Origin: Lentisphaeria bacterium
GTDB lineage: Bacteria; Verrucomicrobiota; Lentisphaeria; JABSQK01; JAWLHB01
Direction of reading: 5' to 3'
Length of the DNA: 27,833 nucleotides
Assembly: GCA_041690595.1 (NCBI GenBank)
Contig: JAWLHB010000033.1
Location: 62,001 to 89,833 of the forward strand
Part shown: positions 18,190 through 25,000 of the stretch, in pieces
Position numbering within the stretch: the stretch's first letter is position 1
How the letters are laid out: each line of letters begins with the position of its first letter
Notes under the pieces: model-generated
What the model was told of the DNA's origin: nothing
The model's input: the letters and a program-made list of their open reading frames with translations, nothing else
Databases searched by the model: none
Program-made: the position numbers and the translations under genes

Positions 18190-19322
18190 GAGCCCTTTAC
18201 GCCTTTTCCGGCGACCCGATCACCTTCGGCCACATCGACATCGTCGAACGTGCCGCCCGCACCTATGACGAAGTCGCCGTCGCCATTGGCGAGAACCCCT
18301 CCAAGTCCGGCAAGTACCTCTTTCCCCGCGAAGCGCGCCTCAACCTCGCCTCCGATTGCCTCTCGCACCTGCCGAACGTCACCTGCGTCACCTTCGGCGG
18401 TCTGCTCGGCGAGTACGCCTTCCGGCATGGTTTCGACGTTATCGTCCGCGGCGTTCGCAACAACTCCGATCTCGAAGGCGAGTTGGTCCTCTACAACGTC
18501 GTCGAAAGCCTCCATTCCAGCCTCGACATGGTCTTTTTTCCCGCTCGCCACGATCTGGCCCACATCAGCTCCGGCGTCGTCAAGGCCATCGTTGCGGAAG
18601 GCGGTGACGTCAGCGCCTACTGTCCATTGCGGGTAAAGGAAGAACTCGAACGGCGCATCCTCGGGCGATTCTCCGTCGCCGTCGCCGGCGGTGTCGCTGC
18701 CGGCAAAACCTTTGTCGCCAGACGCCTGGTCGACAAGCTTTCGGAATCCACCACCGCCACCTATATCAGCCTCGACAGTGTTGGCCACTTCATCCTCGGC
18801 CACTCCCAGGACTCCCTCTACGTCTCCACCCGCGAACGCGTTGCACAGCGCTTCGGTCCGGATGTCATGAACAGCGACGGCACCATAGACCGCAAGAAGC
18901 TCGGGCGCATCGTTTTCGCCGACCACCAGGCTCTCGACGACCTCAATGCCATCATGCGCGATCCCATGCTCGCCAGGCTGTACGAAGAAACCTGCAGCCT
19001 GCCGCACGGCATCCTCGTCCTCGAAGGCGCCATCTTTGTCGAAGCCGGATGGACCAATCTCGTCAACAACAACGTCATCCTCGTCAACGCCCCCATTCCC
19101 ATTCGTCAGCAGCGCCTCGTGCAGCGCGCCGGCATTGACGCCGACGAAGCTCTCAACAAGATCCACCGCCAGATTTCCCCAGACGAACGCAAGACTATCA
19201 TGAACGAGCGTATCGCCCGCCAGCGATGGGGACGACTTTGGGAAATCGAAGATTCCGGCGATGGCGTCAACGTCGACCGCCTCGCCGCTCAGCTCATCGA
19301 GCTGGCCAACGCCCCCAACTGA
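18186..19322 (+). CDS. coaD: Bifunctional phosphopantetheine adenylyltransferase / dephospho-CoA kinase (CoaD-CoaE fusion)
   Basis: aa 1-~160: SGDPITFGHIDI, IVRGVRN.SD, HISSGVVK (CoaD). aa ~160-378: GGVAAGKT P-loop, DGTIDRKKLGRIVFAD, L..LNAI, E.AIFVE, RQ (CoaE). One uninterrupted frame with an ATGA overlap to the HD gene. Confidence 0.9.
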   Translation: MRALYAFSGDPITFGHIDIVERAARTYDEVAVAIGENPSKSGKYLFPREARLNLASDCLSHLPNVTCVTFGGLLGEYAFRHGFDVIVRGVRNNSDLEGELVLYNVVESLHSSLDMVFFPARHDLAHISSGVVKAIVAEGGDVSAYCPLRVKEELERRILGRFSVAVAGGVAAGKTFVARRLVDKLSESTTATYISLDSVGHFILGHSQDSLYVSTRERVAQRFGPDVMNSDGTIDRKKLGRIVFADHQALDDLNAIMRDPMLARLYEETCSLPHGILVLEGAIFVEAGWTNLVNNNVILVNAPIPIRQQRLVQRAGIDADEALNKIHRQISPDERKTIMNERIARQRWGRLWEIEDSGDGVNVDRLAAQLIELANAPN

Positions 19323-19456
19323 CCGCCCGGCAGACCGCACGAAACGGCTCATGGGTGCCAAGAATTCGTTCTGGCGAACTCCCCGCCCGCATGTTACGTT
19401 ATTGTCGCAGGCCCTCCCTGCACCCTGTAACCATGGTCGCCATGGAGGAAAGGCCA

Positions 19457-19903
19457 ATGTGGACAACATTCAGCGGGCAACCCATGAGCCTCGAGGACTT
19501 CCTCCAGAGGCACCTCGACGGGACCCCTGTTGTCTACATCGGCTCCGATTCCAAGACGCTCGACCAAACCAGATTCTCCACCGTTCTTGTCACCTATTCC
19601 CCGGGACGAGGTGGAGTCATCCTCAAGCGAAGCCGCCGCGAAAAGAAAATCACCTCGCTGCGGGAACGCCTTTGGAAGGAAGCATGGTACTCCGTCCAGC
19701 TCGGCCTTCAGGTTGTCGCACTCACGCCACACCCGGTGGACATCGAAGTCCATCTCGACGTCAACGCCAACGAGAAGCATCTCTCCGCCCCGTACGCCCA
19801 GTCGCTCGTCGGCCTCGTCACCAGTCAGGGCTTCGCCTACCGCATCAAGCCCGATGCCTGGTGCGCCACCTGTATTGCCGATCGTCTTGTGCGCAATGGT
19901 TGA
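19457..19903 (+). CDS. Ribonuclease H-like YkuK family protein (DUF458)
   Basis: GGAGG SD before ATG 19457. YIGSDS, GRGG, SLRERLWKEA..S, IEVHLDVN and IKPDAWCAT..ADR motifs. Confidence 0.82.
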   Translation: MWTTFSGQPMSLEDFLQRHLDGTPVVYIGSDSKTLDQTRFSTVLVTYSPGRGGVILKRSRREKKITSLRERLWKEAWYSVQLGLQVVALTPHPVDIEVHLDVNANEKHLSAPYAQSLVGLVTSQGFAYRIKPDAWCATCIADRLVRNG

Positions 19904-19912
19904 GCCAGGCCA

Positions 19913-19940
19913 TTGACAATGTCGCCTTGTCACTTAAACT
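19913..19940 (+). promoter_or_regulatory. Putative sigma70 promoter of the hemC fusion (leaderless) with an overlapping palindrome
   Basis: TTGACA-16 nt-TAAACT ends 6 nt before ATG 19947. No SD is present. TGACAA-N7-TTGTCA spans 19914-19932. Confidence 0.6.
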
Positions 19941-19946
19941 ACCTCC

Positions 19947-22085
19947 ATGCCTACCTCCACCTCCATCTCCTTCCGTATTGGCGCCCGAGCGAGCCGCCTC
20001 TCTCTTGCGCAGAGCGGCAATGCCCTGCGCAAGCTCCGCCAACTCCTCCCGAACTTTCACTTCGAGCTGGTTCCCTACTCCAGCCCAGGCGATGAAGACC
20101 GCCTCACCGACCTGCGCATCAGCGACCCCGACTTCTTCACCCGATACCTCGATCACGACGTCCTCAGCGGCAAAATCGACGGCGCCCTTCATTCCGCCAA
20201 GGATATGCCCGATCCCCTCCCCGATGGCATCGACTGGTGCTGGCTCCCATGGCCGGAAGATCGCCGCGACGTCCTCGTCTACAGGCCCGGCCTGACCGCG
20301 GACGACCTGCCCGGCGCCCCCGTCATCGGCGTCAGCAGCGATCGCCGTGCCCAGTACTGCCGCGAGCGCTGGCCCAATGCTCTTCACCGCCCCATCCGCG
20401 GCAACATCGAACACCGCCTGCAGCAACTCGACAATGGCGACTTCGACATTGTGCCCATGGCCGGCTGCGCCCTCGTCCGTCTCGATCTTACCCACCGCAT
20501 CAGCGAATGGGTTCCTCTCGACGAGCTGGACGCCCCGCCCGCACAAGGCTACCTTGGCCTCACCTTCCGCCACGGTGACCCGCGCCTTACCCGCCTGCGT
20601 AATCTCCTCATCAAGGCGGTCACCCTCATCAGTGCCGGCCCTGGCGATCCAGGATTATGCACCATCGCCGGGCGCGACGCCTTGCACCAGGCAGACGTTT
20701 GCCTCTACGATGCCCTCGCCCCACGCGAGCTGCTCGCCGACTTGCCGCCCCATGCCGAAGCCATCGACGTCGGTAAGCGCCGGCACAAGTATACCGTTGG
20801 CCGCCAGGAACTGGAGAATCTCCTCGTCAACTACTGTCGTCAGGGCAAACGCGTGGTGCGTCTCAAGGGAGGCGATGCCGGCATCTTTGCCCGCCTCTCC
20901 CAGGAGACCGAAGCTCTGGCACACTTCAATCTCCCCTTCCGCGTGCTCCCGGGTGTCAGCAGCCTCCATGCCGCCACCACCCCCACCGGCCTCATGCTCA
21001 CCCGAAAAGGTACCTCCCGAGGCTTCTGTGTCGTCACGCCGGAGCAACTTGGCGATCAACAAGCCGCCGTCGGCATGAACGACCGACGGAATCTGCCCCT
21101 CGCCCTCTTCATGGCCGTCTCCCGCATTCGCGATGTCGTCGCCGAGCTTCTTGCCGAAGGGCGCCCCGCCGGCGAACCCGCCACCATGGTCTATGCCGCC
21201 AGCACCCCCGACGAAGTCATCCTGACCGCCACGCTCGCCACCATTGCCGACATCGTCGAGGCCCATGATACCAACTCACCGGGACTCCTCCTCGTCGGCG
21301 ACATTGCCGATGCCCACCACCTGTTCGACCGCAGCCACTTCCCGCTCGAAGGCAAGCATGTTCTACTCACCTGCGGCTCCAGCATCATGGCCCGCGCCAG
21401 GCTCGCGGTACACGACCTCGGCGGCATCCCGATACCCATGCCCTTCATCCGACTTGTGCCCGAGAAGAGCCTCATCCCCGTACTTCGCGATCTTCACGAC
21501 TTTGACTGGCTCGTCCTCACCTCCCCTTCCGCCGTCGATTGTCTCTGGCAGCTCCTGACTCAGGCCCGGGTCGATCCGCGTCAACTCCCCAGGATCATCG
21601 TCTGTGGATCAGGAACAGCCGACGCGCTCATGCGCTACGGCATTCATGCCGACGCCTGCCCCGCCAGCGACTATTCCGCCCAGGGGATGCTCGCGCTCGC
21701 GGCTGAATGCATACCCTCAGGCGCCCGTGTCCTCCGCCTGCGCTCCGACAAGGCCACCCCTGCCGTTGCCGATGCGCTCACCGCACGCGGCGCCCGCGTT
21801 GCCGATCATATCCTCTACCGCAACGAGGTCATCCGCCACGAGCACCTGCCGCCGCTCGACGCCATCTTTTTCGCCAGCGCCTCCGCCGTAGATGCCTTTG
21901 TCGACTGCTTCACCCCCGGGGCCGCCGAAGCACTGACGCTGGTGGCCATCGGCAAGCCAACTGCCGACCGTCTCCTTCATCATGGACTAACCGCCACGGT
22001 AGTATCCGAAGAAGGCACGGCCCCGGCCGCTATCCATGCGCTTGCCGCCTGGTATACCACGCGCGCCATCTCCCTCGGCATTTGA
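19947..22085 (+). CDS. Triple fusion: truncated hydroxymethylbilane synthase (HemC domains 1-2) + uroporphyrinogen-III C-methyltransferase (CobA/SUMT) + uroporphyrinogen-III synthase (HemD)
   Basis: HemC: GARASRLSLAQ, PGD, HSAKDMP, IGVSSDRR, IRGNI..RL, PPAQG. SUMT from aa ~223: SAGPGDPGL.T, LYDAL, VVRLKGGD, LPGVSS. HemD from aa ~466: PLEGKHVLLT, WLVLTSPSAV, G.GTA.AL, FFASASAV, AIGKPTA. Confidence 0.9.
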   Translation: MPTSTSISFRIGARASRLSLAQSGNALRKLRQLLPNFHFELVPYSSPGDEDRLTDLRISDPDFFTRYLDHDVLSGKIDGALHSAKDMPDPLPDGIDWCWLPWPEDRRDVLVYRPGLTADDLPGAPVIGVSSDRRAQYCRERWPNALHRPIRGNIEHRLQQLDNGDFDIVPMAGCALVRLDLTHRISEWVPLDELDAPPAQGYLGLTFRHGDPRLTRLRNLLIKAVTLISAGPGDPGLCTIAGRDALHQADVCLYDALAPRELLADLPPHAEAIDVGKRRHKYTVGRQELENLLVNYCRQGKRVVRLKGGDAGIFARLSQETEALAHFNLPFRVLPGVSSLHAATTPTGLMLTRKGTSRGFCVVTPEQLGDQQAAVGMNDRRNLPLALFMAVSRIRDVVAELLAEGRPAGEPATMVYAASTPDEVILTATLATIADIVEAHDTNSPGLLLVGDIADAHHLFDRSHFPLEGKHVLLTCGSSIMARARLAVHDLGGIPIPMPFIRLVPEKSLIPVLRDLHDFDWLVLTSPSAVDCLWQLLTQARVDPRQLPRIIVCGSGTADALMRYGIHADACPASDYSAQGMLALAAECIPSGARVLRLRSDKATPAVADALTARGARVADHILYRNEVIRHEHLPPLDAIFFASASAVDAFVDCFTPGAAEALTLVAIGKPTADRLLHHGLTATVVSEEGTAPAAIHALAAWYTTRAISLGI

Positions 22086-22098
22086 AGGGGCATTGCGG

Positions 22099-25000
22099 CT
22101 ACCGGCGCTGGTATCCGGTCATCTTGCTCTCCAGGAAGGTCATCGCGGCATCCATCGTCATCGACTGCTGATTCATGGCGAGGGTATAGCCATTGACGCC
22201 GCACGTGATGGTGCTTTGCGAATACAGGCCCGTCCCACCATCCACACTGTGACTCCAGAGATTGCCGCTCAGGCTCAGTGCAATCGTCTGTGGCACCTTC
22301 GACGGCAGCCCGATCAACATCGACCGCGTCGCACCGTACATGAACCGAAAGCTGTGGCTGTCGCCTTCCCCCTCGGCGCGATCAATCATCTCCTGCCGAG
22401 CTCCCAGGAAAGCATACGAGCTGTTGCCGACTGCCAGCGGATAAGAAAAGCTCTGCTCGCCGTACCAGCTCTCCACCGTGTACATCCACGTGCTCCCCTC
22501 GCGCCACGCCCGCAGAATCCGCATCTCGCCTGTCGCCAGATCGAGCAGCAGATAGCCGACATAGGCAAAGTTTCGCAAGCCATTGTTGCCCCCCGTCACT
22601 CCATTCCAGTTCAGATTGTAGCAAACGACGCCCTGACCTGCCACCCTTGGTCCAGCTGCCTCCGAGATCGCCTCCATTGAACCCACCAGGATCACATTGG
22701 CGCTCGCGGCAAGCTCCGCCAGCAACTGCTCGAAGGGCGTGTTCTCGGTATTCTCCAGTACCGTACGCGCATAATCCAGACGCGCACTCGCCTCGCCCAT
22801 CTGCACCGTGGTCGGATTGCCGGCAGGATCGCCAGCCCGCCAAGGCCCTTGGAAGCTTAGCACCGGCCGCCCCACCACGCCGCCGCCCAGTGGTGCATCG
22901 CTCGTGTATGCCGTGCCGATCATGTGCAGATAGCTGAACTCCTCGACGGATGCCGGGGTCAGGCCGATCCTCGTCAGGTTCAGCACCCACAGATTGCTGC
23001 CGGCAAGGCCCGCCATGTACCACATGCCGCCATCACGCGAAAAGTCGATCCGTTCCCCGCGTCCGTCCTGCCAGCGGACCACGGCCGCGGCATTTCCATC
23101 TCGCTGATCCAGCACCATGTAACCCGCGCCAGTAACGCCCGTGGTGACGCCGCCATAGCTGTCGCCCCGCACCGAGAAGCTGTACACCAGATTCTCCGCC
23201 TGATCGTCATTGAGGACCGTCACCACCGCCTGCGCGGATTGATGATCCACCGCCGTCGCCGAAATGGTCACCTGCTTGTGCGCGTCGATGATATCCTCAT
23301 CCACGCCGCTCACCATGAAAGTTGCCGTGCTGCTGCCCACCGCCATCGACACGCTGCTCGGCACAGTGGCTTCGCCAGTGTCACTGCTGCTCAATTCCAC
23401 GACCAATGCCACCCCCGTATCGGTATTGCGGGTGACTGTGGCGATCGTACTGCCGCCATTCTCACCGATCGTTGCCGCGGCCAGCGTCAACCGCAGCCAT
23501 GGTTCATCATTGTCGATGATGGTCCCAGTTCCTTCCCCGTCGCCCACGCTGAGCAGAAGTGGCATCGACAGATTCACTGAAAAGCTTTCATCCGGCTCAT
23601 CCAGTTCATCCTCAAGCGTCTGGACGCTCAAAGTTACCGTCATCTGGTATGGTGCAAAGCTGACGCTGCCGCCGCCCGCCACATAATCCAACCCCGCCAG
23701 TGCACTGCCATCCACCGTAATCCAGCCAATGCTCGAAGCAAACGGACTCGGCCGGTCAAGGCTCAGCGTAAAGACGATGCTCCCCCCCTCCACAACGGCG
23801 CCGTCCCCCACATTCACCACCGGCACATCGTCGTCGACAATCGTCACCGTGGCACTGCCATCCGAGAGTTCGGCATTCTGCGCTCCGCTCAGTGTCACCA
23901 GGAAGAACTGTTCCCCTTCCACCTCCTCATCGTCCACGATGGTCACACTCACCTGGCGAGAGGTGACGCCAGCGGCAAAGCTCACCAGGGTGTTCATGGC
24001 AAGATAATCACTGGGCGCCGTTGCCGACCCGTCAGCGGTTGTTACCGTCACCGTCACCTCCCGATCGCACGGCGTCGACAGCGTCACATCGACCACTGCC
24101 TGGCCACCCGTCTCCATCACCTGGTCATCGCCAATGCTCAGCATGGCGTTGTCATCATCCAGAATCGTCACCACGCCGCGGAGATCGCCGGGGAGCGCGT
24201 TCTGGACATTACTCAGCACCAGCGCAAAGTTCTCGTCCAGCTCGTCAACCACGTCACCATGAATGGTCAGAAGCACCTCTTTGGCCATCTCGCCCGGCGC
24301 GAATGTCAGCGAACCCGAAGCTGCTTCATAGTCAATCCCTTCTGTCGCCGTATCGGCCTCGGTCCTGTAGTCGACGGTCACCGTGAAGCTGCTTTCGATA
24401 TCCAGCGCCACGGCCAGTGCCACGGCACTCACGCCGGCATCGCCTTCCGTGACCACCGCGCCAGTGACGGCGACGCTCGCTGTATCGTCATCAAGAATGG
24501 TACCCGTTGCCGCCGTTGCAGGCAAATTGACATGTACCGGGTTGGTCAGCGTCACCGTGAAGCTCTTGTCCAGCTCGTCCACTCGGTCCCCGAGAATCGG
24601 CACCGTCATCGTCTGAACGATTTGCCCGGGAGCAAATACCAACTTTCCGCTTCGTTCCTCGTAGTCCATGCCCGCGACCGCGGTTCCGTCGGCAGTCGCA
24701 TAGTCGATAGTAATCGTCAGTGGACTGGGCTGATCCAGAATCACGCTGAAGAGCATCTCCGCCACCCCTATATCCCCTTCCGCCTGCTGCACATCGGTAA
24801 TGGAAGCGTCTGGAGAGTCATCATCCAGGATGGTGATGACTGCATCGGCATCGTCGGGAAGAGTCGTCCCGGAGATGTGCGTCACCACCAGTATCAGGTC
24901 CTCGGAACCTTCCGGCAGTTCGTCGTCGAGAATCGTCACCGGGAAGCTCTTCTCCGTCTCCCCTGGCGTGAAGGTCAATCCAATTGGCGCGAATTCAAAG

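Noticed and set aside
19226..19456. N-terminal extension of the YkuK-like ORF
   Set aside because: It overlaps coaD-coaE, and a good SD precedes ATG 19457.
16417..19469. Long antisense ORFs (588 aa and 452 aa) opposite the kinase, HD and CoaD-CoaE genes
   Set aside because: Shadow frames of well-supported + strand genes with no recognisable domains.
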